Of a stretch of DNA of 51,725 nucleotides, positions 29,259-38,617 are shown piece by piece. The stretch's first letter is position 1, and each line of letters opens with the position of its first letter. Source of the DNA: an uncultured Alphaproteobacteria bacterium (GTDB lineage: Bacteria > Pseudomonadota > Alphaproteobacteria > RF32 > CAG-239); contig CAJOLB010000004.1 of assembly GCA_905235385.1 (NCBI GenBank), positions 6,543 through 58,267 on the forward strand, read 5' to 3'. The notes below the pieces were generated by a model. The model ran no database searches, was not told the origin of the DNA, and worked only from the letters and a program-made list of their open reading frames with translations. Both the position numbers and the translations under genes were made by a program.

Positions 29259-30323
29259 ATGTCACGCGCTGAAGATATTTTTCAAAAATTGATTTATTTC
29301 GGAGAAGATGCTTTAGATGAATTTATTTTAAACATGCAGTCCGAAGAACTTTTTTTGGATTTTAAGCAAGCTGTCTCTACCGGAAAAAATAATAATACAC
29401 TTCATAAAGATGACCGTAAAAATTTAGCCAAAGCCATTTCAGGCTTCGGTAATTCCGAAGGCGGTGTTATTATTTGGGGTGTTGTTTGTTCACGAGATCA
29501 GGAAATCGGCGATGTGGCAAAAGCCAAAGTTAAAGTCAGAAATGTCCATCGTTTTTTAAGCTGGCTTGAAAATGCTATTTCCGGTTGCACCATTCCGAGC
29601 CATAACAAAGTTCGAAATCATATCATCAGCGCTGATAAAAACGGTGACGGCTATGTTGCAACCTATATTCCGAAATCAGAAATTACACCTTTAATGACAA
29701 CAGTCGGATCGACTATTTATATCCGTTCCGGCTCTAATAATGTTCCCGCTCCTTATGCCGTCATTGCCGGTATGTTCGGAAAACGCCCCCAACCGAATAT
29801 TGAACTTTTGATTGAAGATAAATCCATAGAAATTTTAGATAATGCCGATGAAGATATACTTTATCCGAAAACGATTGATAACCCTCCCGAAAAATACGTC
29901 AAAATCAGCTTTTCGGTGATCGCCGACAATCAAAGCAACGCTATCGCCAAAGAGCTCTATTTTTCTTGTACGACAGAAGATACCGGCAGCGAATATAATA
30001 AGGTTCGTTTTTTAAATTATAACCAAATGGAAAATCTCGGAAACATTGCCGGACATTTTAATTTGATGACAAAGCCCGAAATGAGGCTTCCTCCTCGCGG
30101 TAAAATTAAGTTTACGAATATGCAGATTGTCTTGTCTCCTTTTGCCGAAACCGATTTTTGCTTAAACGGTGTTATCGGTGCGGAAAATGCTACACCGAAA
30201 GATTTCAGAATCTATATGACAAAGAACCAGTTGCGCTCTTTTGTCGCCAAAGCCCTTAAAACACCTGATGAGCAAGAATCGCTCTTAACCGAATTTTTCT
30301 CTGAATTTTTAAGGAATGCGTGA
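29259..30323 (+). CDS. AlbA_2 (Schlafen-like putative DNA-binding) domain protein with an uncharacterised C-terminal region
   Basis: N-terminal SEELFLDFKQ resembles the E-x-x-LEFK signature, followed by GFGNSEGGVIIWGV. I do not recognise the C-terminal 200 aa. Confidence 0.45.
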   Translation: MSRAEDIFQKLIYFGEDALDEFILNMQSEELFLDFKQAVSTGKNNNTLHKDDRKNLAKAISGFGNSEGGVIIWGVVCSRDQEIGDVAKAKVKVRNVHRFLSWLENAISGCTIPSHNKVRNHIISADKNGDGYVATYIPKSEITPLMTTVGSTIYIRSGSNNVPAPYAVIAGMFGKRPQPNIELLIEDKSIEILDNADEDILYPKTIDNPPEKYVKISFSVIADNQSNAIAKELYFSCTTEDTGSEYNKVRFLNYNQMENLGNIAGHFNLMTKPEMRLPPRGKIKFTNMQIVLSPFAETDFCLNGVIGAENATPKDFRIYMTKNQLRSFVAKALKTPDEQESLLTEFFSEFLRNA

Positions 30324-30326
30324 TTG

Positions 30327-30770
30327 ATGTTTCCGCGTGTTGAAATATTTACAGATGGGGCTTGTTCCGGCAATCCGGGTGTCGGCGGATGGGGTGCTAT
30401 TTTGCGCTATAAAGTCACCGAAAAAGAGCTTTCAGGCGGCGAGCTCAACACCACAAACAACCGAATGGAGTTAACTGCCGTTATCGAAGCCTTAAAAGCC
30501 TTGAAAACCACCTGCAACATTACCTTATATACAGACAGTAAATATGTTATGAACGGCATTACGGAATGGCTTGATAATTGGAAAAAAAACGGTTGGAAAA
30601 CCTCGAATAAAAAAGGTGAAGTCAAAAATATTGATCTTTGGAAAGCTTTAGATGAGCTTGTCTTAAAACATGAAATCAGATGGGTTTGGGTTAAAGGACA
30701 CGCCGGGCATATAGAAAATGAACGTGTTGACACGCTGGCTCGTTCAGAAGTTCAAAAATTGAAAGGATAG
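30327..30770 (+). CDS. rnhA: Ribonuclease HI
   Basis: DEDD catalytic context ([37 protein letters not shown]). The gene abuts the previous stop codon. Confidence 0.92.
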   Translation: MFPRVEIFTDGACSGNPGVGGWGAILRYKVTEKELSGGELNTTNNRMELTAVIEALKALKTTCNITLYTDSKYVMNGITEWLDNWKKNGWKTSNKKGEVKNIDLWKALDELVLKHEIRWVWVKGHAGHIENERVDTLARSEVQKLKG

Positions 30771-30773
30771 AGT

Positions 30774-31322
30774 ATGAATATATATGATTTTAACGTCAAA
30801 GACATCAAAGGACAAGAGGTCAGCTTAAAAACTTACAGAAGCAAAATTTTGCTTATTGTTAATACGGCTACCGAATGCGGATTTACACCTCAGTATGAAG
30901 ATTTAGAGGGCATTTATGAAGTATTTCATGACAAAGGTCTTGAAATTTTAGATTTTCCCTGTGATCAATTCGGACATCAGGCTCCCGGAACGGACGAACA
31001 AATTGCACGCTTTTGCACGGCGCGTTTCGGTGTTACTTTTCCCCAATTTGCAAAAATTGAAGTTAACGGAGAAAATCAACACCCTCTCTTTGCTTATTTG
31101 AAAGAACAGCAGACTTTCAAAGGCTTTAATTTCTCTGATGAAGGTGCTGAATTTATGCATAAAATGCTTTTAAAGAAAGACCAAGATTATGCTTCAAAGT
31201 CTGACATAAAGTGGAATTTTACAAAGTTTTTGGTTGATCAAAAAGGTGATGTTATCCGCCGCTTTGAGCCGACCGAAAATATGGACAATGTCGCCCTTGC
31301 CATTAAAAATTTAATAAAATAG
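30774..31322 (+). CDS. Glutathione peroxidase-family peroxidase (Cys type)
   Basis: NTATECGFTPQY active-site context, plus FPCDQFGHQ and KWNFTKFLV motifs. Confidence 0.9.
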   Translation: MNIYDFNVKDIKGQEVSLKTYRSKILLIVNTATECGFTPQYEDLEGIYEVFHDKGLEILDFPCDQFGHQAPGTDEQIARFCTARFGVTFPQFAKIEVNGENQHPLFAYLKEQQTFKGFNFSDEGAEFMHKMLLKKDQDYASKSDIKWNFTKFLVDQKGDVIRRFEPTENMDNVALAIKNLIK

Positions 31323-31331
31323 GAGATTTCC

Positions 31332-32252
31332 GTGCCTAAAATTAACGTCCTTTCTTCTAAAAACTATGCATATTTTAAAAAAGATATGCTAAAATCTAAT
31401 ACGAACTTTCAAAATATTAACATCAAGTCAGAAACTTTTCCTGACGGGGAGCATCATTGGATTATCGAAAAGTGTTCTAAAATTAAAGGGCTTCCTGCTG
31501 TTTATGTTGCCGGCACGATTGATGACGAATCGATTTTCGAGCTCTACAACATTGCTTCAACCCTCATTTCAAAACAATGTTCTTCGCTTCACCTTGTCGT
31601 CCCGTATTTTGGCTACTCGACGATGGAACGTGAAACTGTTGAGGGCGAAGTTGTTACGGCAAAAAATGTGGCAAGAATGCTGAGTTCACTTCCTCTTTCG
31701 CCTGAAGGTAATTTTATTTATTTGCTTGATTTGCACTCTTTCGGCACACAATATTATTTTGAAAAATCACTTCAGCCTGTTCACTTATCTTCTTGGAATA
31801 TTTTGAAAAAGATGATTAAAGACTGCGGAAAAAACATTGTTTTGGCTTCAGCTGATATGGGGCGCGCTAAATTTGTTGAAAAATTGGGCGATGCATTAAA
31901 ACTTCAAACTTCCTTTATTATGAAACGCCGTTTAGACGGTAAAAATACGCTCGTTGAAGCTCTAAATGCCGATGTAAAAGGAAAGAACGTTGTTATTTTT
32001 GATGACATGATCAGATCCGGAGCGTCTGTTATTAAAGCTGCTCGGGCCTATAAACAAGCCGGGGCGCTGAATATTTATGTTGTGGTGGTTCATGGCGTTT
32101 TCACGCCTTCAAGCGTTCAACAGATAAAAGACAGCAAGATCATTAAAAAAATTCTTGTCACAAATTCTCACCCGAATGCCTTAAAATACCAAAGTGATTT
32201 TGTAAAAGTATATGATGTTGCACAGACAATTTCCGAGGGGCTGATTTTATAG
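31332..32252 (+). CDS. prs: Ribose-phosphate pyrophosphokinase family protein (divergent)
   Basis: FPDGE, VVPYFGYSTMER (in place of the usual ARQDR) and IFDDMIRSGAS PRPP-binding-loop motifs. GTG start. Confidence 0.7.
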   Translation: MPKINVLSSKNYAYFKKDMLKSNTNFQNINIKSETFPDGEHHWIIEKCSKIKGLPAVYVAGTIDDESIFELYNIASTLISKQCSSLHLVVPYFGYSTMERETVEGEVVTAKNVARMLSSLPLSPEGNFIYLLDLHSFGTQYYFEKSLQPVHLSSWNILKKMIKDCGKNIVLASADMGRAKFVEKLGDALKLQTSFIMKRRLDGKNTLVEALNADVKGKNVVIFDDMIRSGASVIKAARAYKQAGALNIYVVVVHGVFTPSSVQQIKDSKIIKKILVTNSHPNALKYQSDFVKVYDVAQTISEGLIL

Positions 32253-32253
32253 A

Positions 32254-33012
32254 TTAACGTTCATTATCTGTGCTATGTATCATGTTATGCAGCAGTTTTT
32301 GCCTGACAAAGAACTTGTTTCCTTCTCTGATGCAATCCTGACAAATCGGCGGTTTCCCAAAACGTTTTCTGCGTAATCTTGTTTTGGTTATATCTCTAAA
32401 ATCGCCATTCATGCGCTGTTGCATAATGCATCCGTCGTTTATACAATGAGCCCCGAGTTTATCTTCCGTATTCGCTCTATTTTCGTTTGTTAAACCGATT
32501 AAATGCCCAAACTCGTGCATCAAAACCGTTTTAAAGTTTTCAATATCAAGATTGCCGTTTTCATCAAAAAAACGTGCTATGGAAACGATGGAAAATTTAT
32601 TTTCTTGGGAATATCCCAAACAGTAGTTAATCCCCGAAGCATACAAATCATGCTTTGTTACAAGAACCGACCATTGCGGAATTTCTTTTGCATAAGGGTC
32701 TGAGAGAAAATCATCTGAAAGTTGATTAATTGAGATTTGACCGCTTCTTTGGAAACGTCCTTCATGCATTGAACGCCTTTTAGCTCGTGCGATGTACCAC
32801 TCCACACTTTCATAAGGTCTTAAAACTGTTTCTCCTCTGTCATTAATGCGCATATAACTTTCGGTTTGCCAATCGCCTAAGGTGATCAAAGGATAATCGA
32901 GTCTATGTTCAGGAAAGCAACTCATGACATCCTCGATGGCCTCTTTTATATGAGCCTCAAGTGGTTCAAGACCTTTCTCAAAAAGGATATAAACATTTCT
33001 AATCTGTGTCAT
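32254..33012 (-). CDS. amzA: Archaemetzincin-like zinc metallopeptidase (M54)
   Basis: HEFGHLIGL, then CINDGCIM (C-x4-C-x-M), then CQDC. This is the archaemetzincin signature HExxHxxG...Cx4CxM...CxxC. Confidence 0.75.
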   Translation of the reverse strand: MTQIRNVYILFEKGLEPLEAHIKEAIEDVMSCFPEHRLDYPLITLGDWQTESYMRINDRGETVLRPYESVEWYIARAKRRSMHEGRFQRSGQISINQLSDDFLSDPYAKEIPQWSVLVTKHDLYASGINYCLGYSQENKFSIVSIARFFDENGNLDIENFKTVLMHEFGHLIGLTNENRANTEDKLGAHCINDGCIMQQRMNGDFRDITKTRLRRKRFGKPPICQDCIREGNKFFVRQKLLHNMIHSTDNER

Positions 33013-33032
33013 ATCGCTTTCCTCACAGATAT

Positions 33033-33061
33033 ATTCTATCAGATTTTTATCATAAAATCAA
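33033..33061 (-). promoter_or_regulatory. Candidate sigma-70 promoter of the archaemetzincin gene
   Basis: The minus strand reads TTGATT, 17-nt spacer ending in TGa, TAGAAT. It lies about 20 nt upstream of the ATG. Confidence 0.5.
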
Positions 33062-33281
33062 GTGTTTTCGGATTCGATGCTTTCTAAACTTTGTTTTTCT
33101 GAATTTTTTATCTTAACATATTGTTTATGTTGATTTTTTCTCTCGTTCTCCAAGCCCGCCTTTTGCTTGCCCGCTTATTTGCCAACTAACAAAACGTCGC
33201 CATCTGCGCAAAAAATAACATTTTGAGGTTATTTTTTGCTTGATGCCCCTCCACGTCGTGTCGGACTGTTCGTCCCCTCTT

Positions 33282-33325
33282 CACCAATAAAAAAAAGCAC
33301 CTCAAGGGTGCTTTTTTTATTGGTG
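33282..33325. terminator. Long bidirectional terminator-like hairpin in a non-coding gap
   Basis: caccaataaaaaaaagcacc / ggtgctttttttattggtg, a roughly 19-bp stem with one bulge and loop tcaa. A- and T-runs lie inside the arms. Confidence 0.6.
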
Positions 33326-33469
33326 GTCTTCGATAAGGATCGGTCTTGAAAGCTTTAGCTTTCTTCGGTCACTTGTTTTGTAACGTTGGCAAATGCTATC
33401 TGACCATTTCGAAAATCAAAGCTCTTATAATAGATAAAATTTCAAATGTCCAGCATTAATTTTGGTTTT

Positions 33470-34099
33470 TTACATATTTTTTGAAATTATTTCCTTAATC
33501 GGCTTATAACTTTTGCGGTGCTCCGGCGTTATTCCATATTTTTTAAGCCCTTCAATATGCTCTTTTGTGCCATAACCCGCATTGTTTTCAAAACCGTATC
33601 CCGGATATTTTAAGGCCATATCTTTCATTAACCTGTCTCGATAAACCTTTGCCATCACAGATGCGGCTGAAATTGATAAACTCAAAGCATCTCCCTTAAT
33701 AATACATCTTGTTTTGCATACAAAATTTTTCGGCAATCTGTTCCCGTCAATCAGTGCCATATTCGGCTTGATCTTCAGTTTTTCAACCGCACGTCTCATC
33801 GCCAAAAACGAAGCTTCTAAAATATTGATTTCATCAATTTCCCGAGCACTTGCCTCCCCGATACCATAACATAAATTGCCTTGTTCGGCTTCAGTTTTAA
33901 TGATTTCAAAGAGCTCTTCTCTGCGTTTTGCCGTCAGCTTTTTCGAATCGTTCAAATGGCTTAATAAATAAGGGTTGATGTTGTGATTTAAGAACACAAC
34001 CGCACCGGCTGCCACAGGTCCGACCCATGGTCCGCGCCCTGCCTCATCAACACCGGCGACAAATCCTTCACATTCATCTTCAAACTTAAAATCAGGCAT
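33470..34099 (-). CDS. rnhB: Ribonuclease HII
   Basis: GVDEAGRGP catalytic motif and RNase HII-like sequence throughout. Confidence 0.93.
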   Translation of the reverse strand: MPDFKFEDECEGFVAGVDEAGRGPWVGPVAAGAVVFLNHNINPYLLSHLNDSKKLTAKRREELFEIIKTEAEQGNLCYGIGEASAREIDEINILEASFLAMRRAVEKLKIKPNMALIDGNRLPKNFVCKTRCIIKGDALSLSISAASVMAKVYRDRLMKDMALKYPGYGFENNAGYGTKEHIEGLKKYGITPEHRKSYKPIKEIISKNM

Positions 34100-34157
34100 A
34101 ATACATTCTCCATATTATGCCTGTATCATATTTAAGTCTTTATTTCAAAGCCTTTTT

Positions 34158-34469
34158 TCAGTTCCTCACAATCGGCACCCCCTCATAATCAGCCTCAATA
34201 ATTCCGCCGATCACGACAGCCACATTATCATATCCTGATTTTTCAAACATCTGCGCCGCTTCCGAAGCTCTTCCCCCCGAAGAGCAGATAATATTGATTG
34301 TTTCTTTTCCGTTCAACCCATGCTCTTTGATAAAAATTTCGGGCTTTAATGTTTTCAGCGGTGTTAAAATGTGGTGATACGCCAAGCTTTCTTCTTTATG
34401 CTCCTCCTCATCTCTGACATCCAATATAAACGAATCTTCATTCAAATCTTGCGGTTTTATAAATTTCAT
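34158..34469 (-). CDS. Rhodanese-domain protein
   Basis: Single rhodanese domain of 103 aa with an active-site loop CSSGGRAS. Confidence 0.75.
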   Translation of the reverse strand: MKFIKPQDLNEDSFILDVRDEEEHKEESLAYHHILTPLKTLKPEIFIKEHGLNGKETINIICSSGGRASEAAQMFEKSGYDNVAVVIGGIIEADYEGVPIVRN

Positions 34470-34586
34470 TTTTATCCTCCTCTTTTTAAGATATAAAACT
34501 GATCTTTTCCTTTTAAAATAATCCTTTCGTTAAAAAAAAAGACCTGAGCCGAACTCAAGTCTTTTTTTATTTGTTTTCCAATAATT

Positions 34587-35357
34587 TTAGCGAATCATAT
34601 ATTCGATTCTGTTTTCAGCGACATCAAACACATCAATTGCGATGCCGTGAATGTCTATTTGTTCATCACAAACCGAAAATCTGATTTCTTCCGGGTTATA
34701 TCCTTCTTCTTCATAAGTGAAGATCATTTCATATCCGTCTCTTGACAGACCGTCATATGTAATGCTGTATCCTAAAGTATCGCCGACCGTTTCCACTCGT
34801 GTGTTTACAACAGGAACCATTCTTAAATCTTTCGGCGTAATATAAAATCTTGCGCTCAAGACGGCAAGGCGTCCGTCAACAATTCTTCCGATGTGTTCAT
34901 AAATTTCACCGTCTCCGTTAACAAGAAGAATATCGTTGCTTTTTCCTTGGCGCACAAGCATATATGTTTCGCCATCGTGAGTGACTTCACCAAACGCATT
35001 GAATTTTTCATTTTTTCTGATTCTTACGGGAGAATAGCCCGAATCCATTTCGCCGTTCTTTGTCGGCGTAACTGTTTCCGTGCCGTAATAGTCTGTGCGA
35101 TAGCTCTTTGATGAAACCATCTTTTCACCGGCTTGTGTAATCAACACCTGACCTTTTTCAAGCATATCCTCTTTAACGGTTTTGCTCTCTGTTAAGAACT
35201 CTCCGTTTAAATCTTGGTCATAATAAAAAATCTTATCCGTTTGCCAAATTGTGAACGCTTTGTTCCTGATGGGCAAAAAGTTAATACTGTTGTTAGAATA
35301 TGAGCACGCAGCCAATATACTAAGCGATAAAAGAAGGGCGAATTTTTTCATTTGCAT
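34587..35357 (-). CDS. Hypothetical lipoprotein
   Basis: Signal peptide with lipobox LAAC. No family recognised. Confidence 0.5.
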   Translation of the reverse strand: MQMKKFALLLSLSILAACSYSNNSINFLPIRNKAFTIWQTDKIFYYDQDLNGEFLTESKTVKEDMLEKGQVLITQAGEKMVSSKSYRTDYYGTETVTPTKNGEMDSGYSPVRIRKNEKFNAFGEVTHDGETYMLVRQGKSNDILLVNGDGEIYEHIGRIVDGRLAVLSARFYITPKDLRMVPVVNTRVETVGDTLGYSITYDGLSRDGYEMIFTYEEEGYNPEEIRFSVCDEQIDIHGIAIDVFDVAENRIEYMIR

Positions 35358-35400
35358 ATCTCTTTTTTAATGTTTAAACATAATCTAAAAAGGATTATAA

Positions 35401-37947
35401 ATGGATTTGGTAAACAAAAAGATAACAAAGTCAAGAAAAATGAAAGATATCGTTTCGAGTGCAATTACAATTACTTTTGAACCTTTTGAAAAAATGCCGG
35501 AAACATTAACCGACTTTTTGGATTCTTATTTTGAGGTTGCCGCCCTCAATTATACTGATGACGGTCAAGAGCAATATGTCGGTTATGCCTCTCTTTCTTT
35601 TAATGAGCAAGATTTAATTTCAGCCTCTAAAAAAGCAAACATCAAATTGCCCTTTTATCAAATTGAAATTTTAAAAAACAAAAATTGGCTTACCGAAAAC
35701 GTTATCAAATTTCCTCCGCAAGAAGTTGCTGATTTTTGCGTATACGGTATCCATGAAAAAAAGACACCGAAGACCAAAAAGATTCCGATTCAAGTCTATG
35801 CCGCAACGGCTTTCGGTTCGACACACCAAACGACGCATATGTGCTTAAACGCAATAACGGATTTAGCTCATATCGGCTTTAAACCGCAGCATATTTTAGA
35901 TGTCGGCACGGGATCCGGTGTTTTATCTATTGCTACGGCAAAAAAATGGAAGAACTTAAAGCCGCATATTTTAGGTGTTGATATTGATCGCGAATCGGTC
36001 AATGTTGCCGGTCAAAATGTTTTTGATAACAACGTTCAAAACATGGTTGATATTTTTTACAGCAACGGTTTTAGCTCAAAACATGTCAAAGAACGCGCCC
36101 CGTATGATTTAATTTTAGCAAATATCTTGGCGCGTCCTCTGATTTCAATGGCTAAAGATATGGCTCTTTCTTGCCGAGTAAACGCTTATGTTGTTTTATC
36201 AGGTTTTAACACCGAACAAGAGGATTGGGTTTTAAACGCTTATCAAAAAGTCGGTTTTAAACTTATTAAACTATATCAAAAAGATCACTGGAGGGCAGCT
36301 TTGCTTGAAAAGAAAGAAACACTTTCAGATCTTCAAAAAAAGCTTCAAAAAAGCGAGGCAATTTTTATTGAACGCAATAATATGTTTTTAGGCGAAGACA
36401 TTTTACCTCAAGAAAACAAAATTCTTGAACTTTCAGGTTTTACCGGATCGGCAGGCATGATGCTCATCACCTCAAATAAGGCTTTTCTCTTTGTTGACGG
36501 GCGCTATTCGATCCAAGCGCGCAAAGAAGCATTCAAAGGCATAGAAGTTATTGATGCCCAAAATTTTTATGCCGACATCATTGATTTGTTTAAGAAAAAC
36601 AAACTCAAAAAACTGATTTTTAACCCGTGGAGTGTTTCAAAACTCATCTCCGGTTTCTTTCAAAAACAAAATATTGTTATATCACCTTCCCTTGAAGCGC
36701 CGATATCATCACTTTCAGAGCCTCAAAAAGTTTTCAAACACCCTAAAAAATATGCAGGACTTTCTTCAAAAGAAAAATGCGCGGCTGTTGTTAAATCTTT
36801 TCCCAAAGGTTTTGATGCTCTTTTAATCACATCTGCTGCCGAATTGTCGTGGCTTTCAAATCTGCGTGCTGTTGATTTGCCCGAAACGCCTGTCTTGCGT
36901 GCTTACGGATTGCTTAAAAAAGACGGTTCATTAAAAGTTTATGCCTTTAATAAAGTGCAAACCTTGATAAAAGACCTCCGAAAATGCGGCAAAGTGATGG
37001 CTGATTTTGCCCAAACACCGCTTGCACTCTTTGATTGTTCATCTCATATGGAAGATGTTTCTTTTAACGCTTTGCGCCTTCTTAAACTTCAAAAGAACCC
37101 GACCGAGCTTCAAGGCTTTATAAATACGCACATTAAAGACGGTGTTTCACTTGTAAAGTTTTTTGCATTTCTTGAACAAAACTATCAAGGCTTAACCGAG
37201 CTTGATGTTGTTCAAAAGCTTCATGATTTCAGAGCTCACGGCAAAGATTATTTTTCCGAAAGTTTCGGAACTATTGCCGCCATCGGCTCGAATGCGGCGA
37301 TTGTTCATTATCAGCCGACCTTAAAGACAAATAAAAAGTTTTCAAAAAACGGTATTTTGCTTTTAGACAGCGGCGCTCAATATTTTGACGGCACGACCGA
37401 CATCACGCGCACCATCTCTTTCGGACATATCAAAGATGAAATTAAAAAAGATTTCACGCTTGTCTTAAAAGCGCATATCGCACTTGCCTCTCATATTTTC
37501 AAAAAAGGCACATCGGCAAACAAGCTGGATCAAATCTGCCGCAATGTTTTACAACATGAAAATAAAGATTTCAAACACGGCACGGGCCATAGTGTCGGGC
37601 ATTTTTCAAACGTTCACGAACCGCCTTTTTCCATCAGTCCAAAGAACACGATGCCCGTTTTGGAAAATTATATCACATCTATTGAACCCGGTTATTATCT
37701 TGAAAACGCTTACGGCATACGCATTGAAAACTTGGTTTATACAGCACCCACCGCAAAAAAAGGCTATCTGCGATTTGAGCCTTTAACGCTTTGTCCGATA
37801 GATTTAACCTTAATTAAGTTTAAGCTTTTAACAAAAACCGAAAAAGATTGGCTCAACCAGTATCACCAAAAAGTTTTCACCGCTTTGGAACCGTTTTTAA
37901 GCAAGCAAGAAAAACTTTGGCTAAAAGAAAAATGTCGGAAGATATAA
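35401..37947 (+). CDS. Fusion protein: ribosomal protein L11 methyltransferase (PrmA)-like N-terminal half plus Xaa-Pro aminopeptidase (M24B, PepP)-like C-terminal half
   Basis: N-terminal half has FGSTHQTTHMCL and DVGTGSGVLSI (PrmA). C-terminal half has SGFTGSAGMMLIT...FVDGRY (creatinase_N) and HGTGHSVGHFSNVHEPP (M24B). There is no stop at the junction near 36300-36330. Confidence 0.7.
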   Translation: MDLVNKKITKSRKMKDIVSSAITITFEPFEKMPETLTDFLDSYFEVAALNYTDDGQEQYVGYASLSFNEQDLISASKKANIKLPFYQIEILKNKNWLTENVIKFPPQEVADFCVYGIHEKKTPKTKKIPIQVYAATAFGSTHQTTHMCLNAITDLAHIGFKPQHILDVGTGSGVLSIATAKKWKNLKPHILGVDIDRESVNVAGQNVFDNNVQNMVDIFYSNGFSSKHVKERAPYDLILANILARPLISMAKDMALSCRVNAYVVLSGFNTEQEDWVLNAYQKVGFKLIKLYQKDHWRAALLEKKETLSDLQKKLQKSEAIFIERNNMFLGEDILPQENKILELSGFTGSAGMMLITSNKAFLFVDGRYSIQARKEAFKGIEVIDAQNFYADIIDLFKKNKLKKLIFNPWSVSKLISGFFQKQNIVISPSLEAPISSLSEPQKVFKHPKKYAGLSSKEKCAAVVKSFPKGFDALLITSAAELSWLSNLRAVDLPETPVLRAYGLLKKDGSLKVYAFNKVQTLIKDLRKCGKVMADFAQTPLALFDCSSHMEDVSFNALRLLKLQKNPTELQGFINTHIKDGVSLVKFFAFLEQNYQGLTELDVVQKLHDFRAHGKDYFSESFGTIAAIGSNAAIVHYQPTLKTNKKFSKNGILLLDSGAQYFDGTTDITRTISFGHIKDEIKKDFTLVLKAHIALASHIFKKGTSANKLDQICRNVLQHENKDFKHGTGHSVGHFSNVHEPPFSISPKNTMPVLENYITSIEPGYYLENAYGIRIENLVYTAPTAKKGYLRFEPLTLCPIDLTLIKFKLLTKTEKDWLNQYHQKVFTALEPFLSKQEKLWLKEKCRKI

Positions 37948-38004
37948 AAAATTGTTTGATTTAGACAAAAAAATGTGCTACATTTTTTTCTGAAAGGAAA
38001 AAAC

Positions 38005-38466
38005 ATGACCGAATTAAGTTATGAAGCACAAAAACTTCAACAAACCAAAGAAAAAATTTTAAAAATACTTTCCAACCCCGATATTCATCCTTTAGAAAAA
38101 AAGGCGATGCAATTTTACTTAAAAGATTTACAAGACAAGCATCCCGTTTCTGACACTCAAAAATTTTCAAAACCCGAAAAAGGCATCGGTGGCACCGGTG
38201 ATGAAGAAATCAGAGCCTCATATGTGGTGCGCGATCATAAAACGAATCGTCCCTTGTTAAAAAATGACGAACTCGTCATCATTCCGTGCGTTTTCAGCAG
38301 CTTTTCAAAATATCTTGACATTATTTCATCAGGAAAGGCTGATTCTCTTCGTTTGCAAGCCGGCAAAGGTGCCTATCCGCTTAATTCATCGGATCAAAAA
38401 TATGTCAAACCGAATGAATATGCTTATGCGATTGAAGCTATGCTTAAAGACAGCCAAAACGATTAA
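38005..38466 (+). CDS. Hypothetical protein
   Basis: ORF with RBS aaaggaaa before ATG 38005. No family recognised. Confidence 0.45.
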   Translation: MTELSYEAQKLQQTKEKILKILSNPDIHPLEKKAMQFYLKDLQDKHPVSDTQKFSKPEKGIGGTGDEEIRASYVVRDHKTNRPLLKNDELVIIPCVFSSFSKYLDIISSGKADSLRLQAGKGAYPLNSSDQKYVKPNEYAYAIEAMLKDSQND

Positions 38467-38617
38467 AAAAATATAAAAAAACGCTTGCATTTCATATTTT
38501 AATATGTTAGAAGATTGGCACTCATTGAGAGGTTCTGATTCATATTAAAGTGGTCGGAATAAAGGTTTTATCCGCTTTGCCCCGCAAAGCACAACATTTT
38601 AAGAAAGGAATTTTGCC

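Noticed and set aside
33100-33200. 20-codon hydrophobic ORF (MLIFSLVLQARLLLARLFAN) as a possible type I toxin.
   Set aside because: No Shine-Dalgarno sequence lies upstream, no recognisable antitoxin-RNA arrangement is present, and an ORF this short could easily arise by chance.
33130-33330. Possible tmRNA (one-piece or permuted two-piece), suggested by ...ctcttcacca and a ggggacgaacagtccgac-like stretch on the minus strand.
   Set aside because: I found no acceptor-stem complementarity between the candidate 5' and 3' strands, no canonical T-arm (GGxxxTTCGAATxxxCC), and no plausible tag reading frame ending in an (A)LAA-type sequence. I also saw no RNase P or SRP conserved cores (GGAAAGUCC, GGAAGCAGC).
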